DNA of 63,925 bases, the filler included, from Perkinsus chesapeaki ATCC PRA-425 (Eukaryota > Protista > Perkinsozoa): NCBI GenBank assembly GCA_013115145.1. It is 11 parts of 11 records of this genome, joined end to end, with 100 filler letters (N's around TTAATTAATTAA, not from the genome) between each part and the next. Parts side by side here need not be neighbours in the genome. Positions count along the whole stretch, not along the records: positions 1 to 22,814 come from JAAPAO010000571.1; 10 more parts are not named here. One strand, given 5' to 3'. The notes below the pieces were generated by a model. The model searched no databases. It was not told the origin of the DNA and was given only the letters and a program-made list of their open reading frames with translations. Of this stretch, positions 1 to 11,003 are shown one piece after another. The position numbers were made by a program, and so were the translations under genes. The number at the start of each line of letters is the position of its first letter. Position 1 is the first letter of the stretch.

Positions 1-839
1 GGAAGAAGGACTTCGTTGAGAAGTGCGTTCCTGTTATTCCCATCTCCGGTTGGATGGGTGATAACCTTATCAATAAGTCTGAGAAGATGGGCTGGTGGAA
101 GGGTGTCGATGTCACCCGTGACCCGGCATCCAAGGAGTCTTTCCACATTGAGACTCTTCTCGATGGTCTTGAGAAGTTCGCCACTGTACCTAAGCGTGTG
201 AGTGATGCTCCTATGAGAATGCCTGTTTCTGGTATCTACAAGATTAAGGGTGTCGGTGATGTTATCACCGGACGTGTTGAGCAGGGCATTGTTAAGCCCA
301 ATGAGGAGGTTGTCTTCATGCCTACTCATACTCCTTCCACTGCTTGTACTGGAAAAGTGTTCACCGTCGAGATGCATCATACTCGTCAGGATCAAGCTCT
401 TCCCGGTGATAACGTTGGTTTGAACGTCAAGGGTCTCGTTAAGGAGAATATGCCTCGTACTGGTGATGTGATGATCTACAAGAAGGATAACACTTTGAAG
501 CACGTTCAGTCCTTCACCGCCCAGGTTCAGATTTTGGATGTTCCTGGTGAGATTAAGGTTGGCTACTCTCCTATCGCGTTTGTCCGTACTGGTCGCTCTG
601 CCTGCCGTCTTGCCGGCATTAAGTGGAAGGTCGGTAAGGAGACTGGTGGTAAGAAGATGGAAGATCCTCATTCTCTTAAATCTAACGAGATGGCCGAGGT
701 CGTCTTCGAGCCTATCCAACCTCTGGTTGTCGATTCCTTCAAGAATTGCGAAGGTCTTTCTCGTGTGGCTCTCATGGAAGGTAACGGTGTTGTCATGCTT
801 GGTAAGTGTGTCTCCACTGTTGCTAAGGACGTGAAGTAA
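1..839 (+). CDS. EFL: Elongation factor-like GTPase (EFL, EF-1alpha paralog), 5'-truncated, intronless over this stretch
   Basis: Frame reads KKDFVEKCVPVIPISGWMGDNL...GIYKIKGVGDVITGRVEQGIVKPNEEVVFMPTHT...GKVFTVEMHH...CEGLSRVALMEG, stop TAA at 837-839. These are EFL-type signatures, not the canonical EF-1alpha [20 protein letters not shown]. Confidence 0.9.
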   Translation, partial: KKDFVEKCVPVIPISGWMGDNLINKSEKMGWWKGVDVTRDPASKESFHIETLLDGLEKFATVPKRVSDAPMRMPVSGIYKIKGVGDVITGRVEQGIVKPNEEVVFMPTHTPSTACTGKVFTVEMHHTRQDQALPGDNVGLNVKGLVKENMPRTGDVMIYKKDNTLKHVQSFTAQVQILDVPGEIKVGYSPIAFVRTGRSACRLAGIKWKVGKETGGKKMEDPHSLKSNEMAEVVFEPIQPLVVDSFKNCEGLSRVALMEGNGVVMLGKCVSTVAKDVK

Positions 840-1100
840 GCGTCTACCCACTAAAATACAACGATAATTGGTTCTAATAAATCCCCAGTGGATTCATTTT
901 TTTCTTAAGAGGGGTTGGTTTGAGGTGATATAACTTGCTGGAAACTGAGTGTGTTTTGTTTTGTAAGTGGGAGAGTCAATGGCAATTGCCGTCAGTACCG
1001 TCAATGGCGTGCGGTATTGGCGTGTTGAGTAGTGGTTGAGTTGTGTCGAGTAGATTCGGTCGCATGTTTGAAGATCAAGCTTTAACCGGTTGAAGTGAGG

Positions 1101-1234
1101 GGGGACATCAAGCTTTGTTACGAGTTGACTACGAGTTAGATAACTCGAAGACAGCTTGAAAAAGTCAGGGGACATCAAGCTTTGTTACGAGTTGACTACG
1201 AGTTAGATAACTCGAAGACAGCTTGAAAAAGTCA
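1101..1234. repeat. Exact 67-bp tandem duplication
   Basis: GGGGACATCAAGCTTTGTTACGAG...GCTTGAAAAAGTCA at 1101-1167 and again at 1168-1234. Confidence 0.95.
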
Positions 1235-1399
1235 CTGAGATAACGCATTACTAGACGATAAGAGAAACGTCAGATATGTAGCAGTATTATTCTCAACTAT
1301 TAAAACAACAACTATGAGAGGGAGTGATGACAGTCTACGAATCCAGTCGGACCAGTGGCATTTGCCCTAACAGAGATGAATGATAAGAACGTTGTGGAA

Positions 1400-4300
1400 C
1401 TAAGCCTTCTGCTCTTCGACTGAATCGCGATCAATCTCAGACTCTTCGCCGCTGGACGGGTAGAATCTGCGTTCGGTAGCATCGACTTCAGCAAGCTTGC
1501 GGCCGTCTTCAATGAGAGCCTGTGAAAAGTCTGATGGGATATTGAGAAGCCCTCAATCTCACTTGTACGGCTGCAATGTCCTCTTCGAAGGTTAAATACA
1601 TAGAGTTCAACTCGGTCTCAACTTCGGTAAATTTATCATGATCCTTCAGTGCCTAAAACGAGTCACCATTTGATTTGATCCGACGTTTAATCTTACGGCT
1701 GGCCAGGAGGTCTCCCTTAGAGTTGAAAGATGACCTATTTGTCGCATAAGGATTCCCTCTTGCTTCTCCACCACCGATTGGTAAAGAGCTGAAAGTGAGT
1801 TGAGTGGAACAGCAAGGTGATTTACGGAGAATCTTGGGATTCAAGAACTCCGTTGAAACTCACCTAGCTCTTCCTCAAGCCGGTCAATCTTTCGAAGTAG
1901 CTCATCTCGGTCTAACTTCTCATCCTCGCTATCGACCGTGGGATACTCGGCCACTGTAGCGGTAGGCTCTAACAGGGAAGGCCTCCGTGAAATAGAGATA
2001 ACATACCTTACCGGCTGCAGCGGGCTCTTTAAGCTCTTCCCCGGCCGGCATTTGGTCACTCCGAATAACCCCGGACTCCTCGTCAACGCCTGTGGTCTCA
2101 GTGATGGTCTCCGTGGCCTGAAAACCTGTGGGCTCCCAACCGAACGCGAGCTTACAGCTTTCTTCCTCTCGGACTGTTCCTCTTGTATTTGCCTGAGCAT
2201 CCCAAATGCCGCACGCTCCTCCACGAGGAACTCACCTGGCCTCCCTCTCGAGCTCCTCCAACCGCTTTGCAGAAGTCTCGGCGGCATCCTTCCGCCTCTC
2301 GACTTCCCGCTTGAGCAACGAGTCCTTAGCTGCGGCGTCCTCTTCAACTTGAACAGCCTCCTCGGGCGGCGCCGCTGTCTCATGGGGCCTGTTAGAAAAC
2401 GACGATGCCAACGACAGAATTTGCAGGTGTACTGATTCTCCTTTGTGATCTGCGCCTTAGCCTTCGCCGCAGCAGAGGTCGCCTCGGCAAGCCTACCGTA
2501 AGAGCAATGCACGGGCAGTGTCGGGTAGTCGATACACCTTACGTATTCTTCAATTCGTTGATCAACCTCTGGCTTTCCATGCCAGGTTGCTGAGCCATGA
2601 AGAACGTCCTCGACCACAACAGCAACGATACCGGGATATCCTTATTTGAGGAGACCTCCAGCCAAGAAGAGAGCTGCACCCGTAACCTACAAAACACCTT
2701 CCGCCTACTGCGACACCGCGCGCTTGCCTATCGTCATCCACGTTCACGTATGGCATACCACGCATACGATTGGCTTCTGCTAGCTCGGCGTGTGTGAGAT
2801 TGTTGACTCCTTCCCAGAGGATATCTCTATCTTCCGACCTGATTCGGGTGCAACCAACTTAACCTTTCTTGTATCTTGAAAGATACGCCTACCTCAACCT
2901 CGTCACATAATGTCTAAGTTGTAGCACTATATGAGACTTGAATGCATACCTGCCCAAAAACGGCTGTTACGAAGGCGGAGCGAAGCAGCAGCAGGGGGAA
3001 TGCTTACGGTCTCAGGCCCAGCATTTCGCATATGGCCTTCAACTGCTCTACGCTCATTTGCTCTAATTGAAACTCCGAGTGAAACAACTTTGAGAACCTG
3101 AAGAGAAAGTGGCCATCACGCAATCGCAATGTGCCGAAGAAGCTGAGAAGTATTTTATCCACTTCTAGACTTCTTAGTAACTGTCTCTCCCCCCTCATCA
3201 ACGCTCCTCAGAGAAACAAGTGTAGTTAAAAACCGCAAAAGTGGGAAAAACCGCCAAGGACTTATCTCACCTTTTAAGTTCAAGAACTGATGGGAAGTAC
3301 GGCCCCGAGCCTTCTCCCTCCTCCAGACGTTCGAGCATAGTTTCTTGGAACTCCTGGAGCTCTATGGCTCGATCGCTGAAAGATGCACACCTTCAGCGGA
3401 GCGACGCAGTATTCTCGAGAACCCACCGGAACTTGCTCGACTTCTCCTCTAGAATCTGCTTGTTCTTCTCGGTGATGACTTCATTGAAAAACGCCGCCAT
3501 ATCACTCTTAGCCCTAAAAACCGAAGGTGCTGCCGGGATTCGAACAAACAACCTCTCGATTTAGAAAACCGCTGTTGGACTCTCATCCAACTGGCCTACT
3601 TCATCCTGCGCATTAGCAACGCGTGATCGGACTTCTTGTCATTGAACGTCGACGGTAACATATTAGGGAACAATCGGAGGGCTATTGGCAGCGCCAGCTC
3701 TGAGAGCGAAAGGTGCGTAAGTGAAACCAGATTAAAAGATTATCCAACTCACCAGCAAACGGAATAATTACAAAGAGGGAGAATGGTACTAGCTTGAAGA
3801 GGTCAGTTACAGTGCGAACCTAAACAGAACATATACTTGGTGCAGGTTAAGAGAGGGTGGCTTACTAGGAGCTTATGTTCTCTTAGTGTCAGCTGATCGC
3901 CACGAGCTTGCCTGAAAAGATACGCCATAACGCACTCGCAAGATTCCAGGGAGGCGAGACTTACTTCATGACGAGTTGGGTGGACAATTGAACATTCTTG
4001 CCAAACAGTTTAGAGCCGTTTTTGATCCATGCCGACATGTGGTGGAGCGCCTCTTTAAGGTCGGCCCACCATTGGAAAACGATTCGTGGCTGAATGGAAG
4101 GAAACCGATTCATATACCCAAAGGTCCTGGGGTCGATCCCCGCTCCCTACATTATTAACAAATGACCACGACACCCTGAAGGTGCCCAGAAGGAGTCTTC
4201 CAGTCATACTGGCCGTCCATACCGCAACCTTCTTGCCCCTCACCAGCCCTTTACGACCATACTTCTTAGCCTGACAAAATAAGAACGATGAGCTCCTTAA

Positions 4301-5164
4301 AAATGCATTGCCCGGAGAGCATGTACCGTATATCGTACAGGCAGACGCCACATTAGTGGCTCTAAGCAACTGATCCGATACGATTCTCGAGAAGGTTCTC
4401 TATCCTAGGTCAACTCTACGATAGGTTCTCACACTTATTACGTTTGCGTTGTTTTATCTTACTCTCACTTAGACAGTCTCCTCTTCATTTATAGTACACT
4501 CAGTATTCTCCATCTTATTGCCCCCCATGAGATCTCTATATATTTTATTTCCAACGTCCACGAATGATCGACGCTAGTCGATTAGATGAGGAGTGCTTTC
4601 CGATATACATTCATCCACTTGTGCGTGGAGAGACTCCCATTTTTCAAATAGCATTTCAACGACAAGCACTTCCAGACCGGGGAGGCAAAACCGAAAAACT
4701 TTTTCAAAATTTGATTTTTTTTCTATAATTCCCCATATACTATCAAGCATACAGATCAAAGACTACTACCAAGACACTGCATGGATAATCTAGATCGATC
4801 AACCGTTTCATGCCTTGGGACAGTGTATCGCAACCCCTCCTCCCCCTACCTTCTTCCATCTAGCAGGCCACGGCGAGGCAAACGCCTTCTCCCCGCCAGG
4901 CGCTCCGACGGCTCTCGTCCCAACTGGCTCAACAGATGAGGACGAAGAAGAAGCAGGTTCATTATCCACCCCCGTGCTGAACCCAGCCGACTGACCGCGC
5001 GCCACGAAAACTGGCGTTATTCTCGTTCTTCCAGCCTCAAGTTGACTGAAGCGCTGCACTGCAGGATAAGCCAGCTTGGTGAAATGCCGAACACTCGCTG
5101 GACGTAACGTCTGTCTCAGCAAAACCGGTGCGAAGTTGCGCCCAAATCGAGTGATGGGAAGCAT
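1400..5164 (-). CDS. LETM1: LETM1-like mitochondrial inner-membrane protein, multi-exon
   Basis: Spliced exons give HHMSAWIKNGSKLFGKNVQL..., VRTVTDLFKLVPFSLFVIIPFA.LALPIVLRIFPNMLPSTF and FSKLFHSEFQLEQMSVEQLKAICEMLGLRP, typical of the LETM1 domain. Presequence-like MLPITRFGRNF at 5164 (start tentative); stop TAG at 1400-1402. Confidence 0.85.
3526..3599 (-). pseudogene. Degenerate near-full-length tRNA (Arg-TCT-like) forming most of LETM1 intron 3514-3599
   Basis: GTAGGCCAGTTGGATGAGAG...TTTCTAAATCGAGAGGTTGTTTGTTCGAATCCCGGCAGCACC: A-box-like start, TCT-AA, AGGT variable loop, GTTCGAATC B-box, acceptor-like end. Confidence 0.6.
4111..4148 (+). pseudogene. tRNA 3'-half relic, antisense inside LETM1 intron 4090-4150
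   Basis: CATATACCCAAAGGTCCTGGGGTCGATCCCCGCTCCCT; removing the intron joins WSFVNN to PRIVFQWW in frame. Confidence 0.6.
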
Positions 5165-5595
5165 TGTATAGAGGAAGAGGCTGAACAAAGCCACTTACCA
5201 TTACGACACGTAATATAATCGAAACACTGCTTTCAATCCCACAGAATTTTAGCAAGACTGCACAGTGGGGCACTTCATACCAATGAGACACACTCAAATT
5301 GAGAGACTTAACTCTCTCCACTTCATCATCCACGCGAACATCTACCCATTCCTATATTGTGTCCATCGGCTTCCCTCGCTTAACAAGGCACTTTCGAGCT
5401 TCAAAAATGGGATGCAATTTGCCCCAACATTCTCTCTATCTGCAAACTACCACATACATATAGACTTAACCAACCACACCCACTCCTTCCCACACTCAAA
5501 GCTCAAAGCAAACCGATGGCAAGGAGAAACGTAAATGACGTGTATAGCAGTACAATAACAGCAGCAGCGGCCTCAATGTGGTGGTGATGAGCAAC

Positions 5596-8500
5596 TCAAA
5601 GTGCAAATACCTTCCTACTAACTTGGGAATCTGGCCGCCACACATACTCATACTCCCCAGTACCTACAACACACTGAAGGACAAGGCAATCTACACGTGT
5701 TACGTTTGGCAAAGAGCCCTAGTTGAAGCGATCTCAACTTCAACGTGAAGCGTGGGCCAATCTCTTGTAGGGCGCATCGATCGTCCTTCTCAGTGTCCTC
5801 TAGGTTACGAAACACGTACCTGAACCAGATCCATATTTCCGGAATCGCACTCCACACGCTCGAAAGGCAACACAATCACTTTCGAGTTGGATTATCGGAC
5901 GTCCCACAGACGAAACCCAAACAGGAATAAAACCACCGCGCGCCACGAAATTCACTACCGATAATGGCGGAAGAATACAAAGTCCCTCTGATTATGGAAG
6001 GCTACCACACGTCTTCCCTTGAAGTCTGGCCGTATAGCACCTGAAATGAGAATACGATGAAGCATTACCACATTACCAACAGTGAATATCGGCGATAATT
6101 TTATCTATAAATCTGATAACGTATTCAACATCCTTACAACCCGTACATATGCACGGGAATGAATAAATGAATAAATAATGCATATAAAGACGTGATGGAT
6201 GGCTGAACAAAATTAAGTGAATCTCGCCGACAGGTGAGCAATATCAACTCGAGATACTCGAAGACAAATATAGATGATACGCGGCGGAACTTCCGGAGTC
6301 AATTCATGCGAGCCTCAAAGCGTACGTATCTTGTGAAGGAGATTATAGAGCCCGACTGGATATCGAGATGTCGGATACTTGAAAGCCGCTGGTCCAGGTA
6401 CTTCTGTATTACCAAACAAGCTGCCTATTTGCCTTCCTATCCTATGACCAAGTCGAGTACCAAAGCCATTTAATAACAACTCTGGACGGTCATCTGGATT
6501 ACCTATCATACCAAGCACCATCATAAAGGACATTCCCCTCACAGTAGCATTGACACGCATACCCACGTTTAGCAAAAGCTAAGAAAAGTATGGTATGAAA
6601 AAATATTGATTTCACCGAATAACCGATATGCGCAGTGTGGAAATATATCCCTAAGCGCGCATGCTATTATCGGGCTACGCTCCGCTACATTGCCATTATA
6701 TAGCATAGCAGTTCGCCCAAGTAAGTCACATTATTACAACAGAAGATACAGTCGAACAAGTTCCGAGAAATCTCAGTCGTCGACTTTTCAACTCCAAACA
6801 ATCAACATGCCCAGTCGACGAGCATATTTGAGGCCTAGACTTAGGAAGGCTACTAGATACCTCAACAGTGGACATTGTAATACAAGCTCCACACGATTGA
6901 TGAACGATACTCGACATATCCCCGATACCACTAGTACATGTGGCTCCATGCTTCATATCAGCTCCCAACTCCAAACTACTGAGCTTCCAATAACTAGTAG
7001 GTCCCTCGGGCAAACTTGTTATATAAAGGGATGATGGCTCCTTCTTCCTGTCTTCAGATAATACCTATTCAAACAATATGGAGGAGCCCTGCTGCTACAT
7101 ATTGAAACACCCCAATTATACCTAGAGTCTCTAGAGTACTAATGCGCTCACCACAGTCGGCAGCGCGATTAGTCACCTTCAATCGGTGTGACACTGTGGA
7201 CGTAGTCGCTCGTTTGATTAGAGCGAGAGTAAGCAATCCGTTCCCCGGCCACTTGCCCCAAGCTATAGCAGCAGCAGCAGCAGTCAATAATTATACTATA
7301 CTAATTCTATATTTGTAATATCCTACACCGTTCGTCACCAACTAGGGCAACGAAAAAGCAAAAGTCCTACATAAGTACCAGTTCCATTCTTGATAGGTAT
7401 GGACTGGCCAAGACACCCATTTCACTTGTATCCTATTCACTCCTTCAAACTGTTACTAAATTAACATGTCTGAATAAATTTCTAAACCCGGTCCCTCGGC
7501 TGTCCACCCCAAGCCACCCATACTACCACAACCGCAGTAAAGCCTCTATTGTTGGCAAAGTCGCATATCTTAGTGATAGGAAAATGCTTCTTTCTAAAGT
7601 ACTGCATGCCAGGCACCACCTCAACCAGCTCCTTGATCAAACCGTACGATCGCTCGGAAGGATACTGAACACACAGCCATCCCAAAGGTCCCAGGTTCGA
7701 TTCCCAACGAGGGCATTACCGGCATCGATGTCGTGAACATTATCTTAGGCTCCACTGGCTCCCTTTCCTCCTCTTCCTCCACTTCACCCTGCTCTGCGGT
7801 AGTAGTAGGAGCTGTACTAGGAGTGTCCTCAGCCTGGATACCAGCGGGGGGTAGAACTTCGCTGGTAGGAGGGGCAGTGGGGAATGTATGCCTGGAATGA
7901 TTGTTGTTTTGCTGGTGAAATATAACTAGGTAACCATCTGCGTAATAACTTATTATTATATATAGTACTTTACTATTAATAAATGATTACTCATGCATTA
8001 ACATTCATAATATAATATTAACGTTGACACTAATGTTATATATTCCTTTATTATTGCACTAATGACAATAAACTAGTATCTGACATCTCATCTACACCTA
8101 TCGAGCTCGAACTTTATCAACTTTACGAAATAAGCTCGAAGTATCCCCCAAGCAGCTGGAGCAGAGAAAACAAATCGAATCCGCACAGGTTGCCTTCTCG
8201 GCTACGCGGTCTGAACCAAGCCTACACCTCCCCAACTGCTGTTCTTTTCGTTCCACCAATAACATTCACCCTACACGTATTCCTCCCGTAATCCCCTCAA
8301 CACTACCTGAACTCATCCATTCTCTCATCAGCTTTAACCTCTTCATCCCCCTCCGGCGGTAACATAGTTACATCAGCCTCCCTCATCATCTCAATAGTAG
8401 TCGTCGCCGGGACGTCAACCTAAACCCACTTCACCAGGGACGTTCAGGTCGCTCGTTGTACCTCCTCTCCGTTCGCTCGAGCTTCTTGTCTCTGCTTTCT

Positions 8501-9101
8501 GGTCTCCCTCTTTACACGCTTTTTCTCTCGGTATTGCCTTCCCACCTGTCATACCGTATTTTACTTTTTCGTCTTAAGAATCTTGCATTACTAGTTCTTG
8601 CCGTTTCCATTTATTAGCTATATGTACATCACCTTCAGGAATCTTTTCCACCTTGCCGACCTTATGACCTGCAATGTCACTTGTCAAACTGAATCGCATT
8701 TCGCACGTTATCGCCTCGAAATGGTTTTCAAACTTTAATGCTACTCTCACACTATCAACCGTATTTTCATCCCAACGTGGCGTTCCTTACTGCGTGGTTG
8801 GGCAATAAGGTATATCTCGCCATACATCTTTTATTACTAGTCTACAATGCACAGAGACCTTCGACTTAACAACGATCAGGAGATCGTTACAAGCTTCCAA
8901 ATGCAGCGTATCGAAAAGGTTTGGTGACACCAAAGCGGCTGTACAAGTGCATTAACTCATCTTTTCTTTCGAGTGCGCATATTGAGCAAGATACTCTTAT
9001 TAAATAGACTGGTGCAAATGATGCTTATTACGTTGTAGGCACTTCTCCTGAGCCTGGATAAGTATCTTTCGACGATCCTTCTTGATAGACTTTTTAACCA
9101 T
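5596..9101 (-). CDS. RPF1: Ribosome production factor 1 (Brix domain), multi-exon
   Basis: Exons encode PEGPTSYWKLSS, RPELLLNGFGTRLGHRIGRQIGSLF, GRRVVAFHNQRDFVFFRHYR and LQEIGPRFTLKLRSLQLG. ATG 9101 (MVKKSIKK), stop TGA 5596-5598. Confidence 0.9.
7681..7715 (+). pseudogene. tRNA 3'-half relic, antisense inside RPF1 intron 7665-7719
   Basis: CCCAAAGGTCCCAGGTTCGATTCCCAACGAGGGCA; removing the intron joins KIMFTTSMP to YPSERSY. Confidence 0.7.
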
Positions 9102-9423
9102 TCTCACGGCTTCGACAACAGTTGCAATTTTCTGCCAAGTTGAGCTAAATCGATTAGTCGGGCGCTCGCTTTTGTCATACCTCGCTGTGGATTTGATCGA
9201 TTATCCTGGCGCGGGCCTCTTGTCTTGCTGTAGGAGGCTCCTCACCGTGCCTAGGCACTATGCGTTGTATTTAGTGATGGAATTATGAAGAGGAGTGGTA
9301 GCTAAGTATCTCTGGTGGATTACGTTTCGTTCGTCTGGCTTTGTAGAATGATACGTGGGTGTTGGTATTGGCGTCGTTAAGGTAGTATTTGGTATTAGCT
9401 TGTTGCTGCCCAACCAGAACTTG

Positions 9424-9963
9424 ATGGCTCCTGCTACTGACGCTAAAACGAAGGCGTCTAAGACCGGTGCCGCCCTTACCAAGGGTGTGCAGGTTAAGAC
9501 CCGCAAGGTCAGAAGAAACACCCATTTCTTCAGGCCTAAGACTCGTCAGACGCCCAAGGCCCCTAAGTAATAGGGAATCACTTGTTAATATTAGGTGGAT
9601 TATTATTATATAGGTACCCCCGTTCCGCTACTCCCACCTTGACTAAGATGGATAAGTACCGTATCATCCGCTCTCCTATGACCTCTGAGTGGGCCATGAA
9701 GCACATCGAGGACCTTAACACTTTGGTCTTCCTTTGTGACGTTCAGGTAATGTTATTTCATACTGAGGTTAATTTACAGGTGTTCATCTTATTTGATTTA
9801 GGCTTCTAAGAAGCAGATCAAGGATGCCGTTGAGTCTCTCTACGACATCAAGTGCAAGAAGGTGAACACTTTGGTCCGTCACGATGGTCTCAAGAAGGCC
9901 TACGTTAAGTTGGCTGATGACTTCGATGCCCTTGATGTGGGTAACAGGATCGGTATCATCTAA
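9424..9963 (+). CDS. RPL23A: 60S ribosomal protein uL23 (L23a/L25), 3 exons
   Basis: MAPATDAK...HFFRPKT...KYPR...[43 protein letters not shown]...[23 protein letters not shown]. Introns 9567-9613 and 9747-9801. Confidence 0.95.
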
Positions 9964-10621
9964 GCAGCTTTGCGGTGACTGGTTAGAGTTCCCAAGGAAC
10001 TCGGGCGTGGCAGCAAACTCAGCTTGCAAGAGGGATAATAGACTTGTGTTGCGTCAGTTTATTGTTATAATCATTCCGGGACGATAGGGGATTGTTCGGC
10101 TTAATGATACCATAGTTCATGTTCTCACCAACTGAAGGTGTAATATTTCCGGGTGGGGTGATCAATCGTCGAAAGTTGGTCCGGCGCCATGTTTTAGTGG
10201 CAACAGCTTTTATGCTGTAATATTGGATATGAGGTGTAAAGGCTTGATTAGTCTCATACATCGAGTTGATGTAACACAAAGCGCACTGATTCCTGCCGCA
10301 GGAATCCTGCGAAGTGGCGGGCCGCTGGGGAGGGTCTACGAACGTCATCCAGGAGGGATACACACTGCTGGCAAGAAGTAATTACCGGCTGATACCCTTC
10401 GCAACGTGCTGGTTCACGCTTGTGCTACGCTCACTGGAATTGAATATGTTTGGTAGCTTGCAAAACGGTGACCATTTTGTAAACAGACGTGACTAAATTC
10501 GGTACAGTGTGGTGATGGTGGAGAGATGTCTTGATAATGAAAAGGAAAAAGGAGCGGTAACACGAAAGCTTTCATATAGCCGGAGTTGGATGACGACGGT
10601 GTATTGGTCGTTTCATCAGCT

Positions 10622-10694
10622 TCCGATATAGTCTAGCTGGTTAGGATACCTGGCTTTCACCCAGGCGACCCGGGTTCGAGTCCCGGTATCGGAA
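10622..10694 (+). tRNA. tRNA-Glu(TTC)
   Basis: Complete cloverleaf: acceptor TCCGATA/TATCGGA, anticodon arm CCTGG-CT-TTC-AC-CCAGG, T arm CCGGG-TTCGAGT-CCCGG. Confidence 0.97.
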
Positions 10695-11003
10695 ATTTGT
10701 CCTCGTCAATTTTATCACTCGTGCTTAACGTTGAACGTTGCTTCTACTTAACGACATTATTTACTTTAAGTTAGACACTAGTTTTACAACGTCGTCATCC
10801 AGCTCCAGCTATATAAGAATTTTCGAGCTACCTGTCCTCGTTTTTCCTTGTCTATTATCGAGACATCTCTCGATACCGAATCTCCACTTGTTACTTATAT
10901 AACACAACACTCCTCATCTATAAGGAATTGTCTACTACTTACCGCTCCTATTGCTGAACGGTACACACTCAACAACAATGCCTTCACAAACAGTTATCTA
11001 CTT

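Noticed and set aside
1841-2617. 258-aa ORF with CxxC, suggesting a zinc-finger or gag protein
   Set aside because: It overlaps spliced LETM1 exons and introns; probably a shadow read-through frame.
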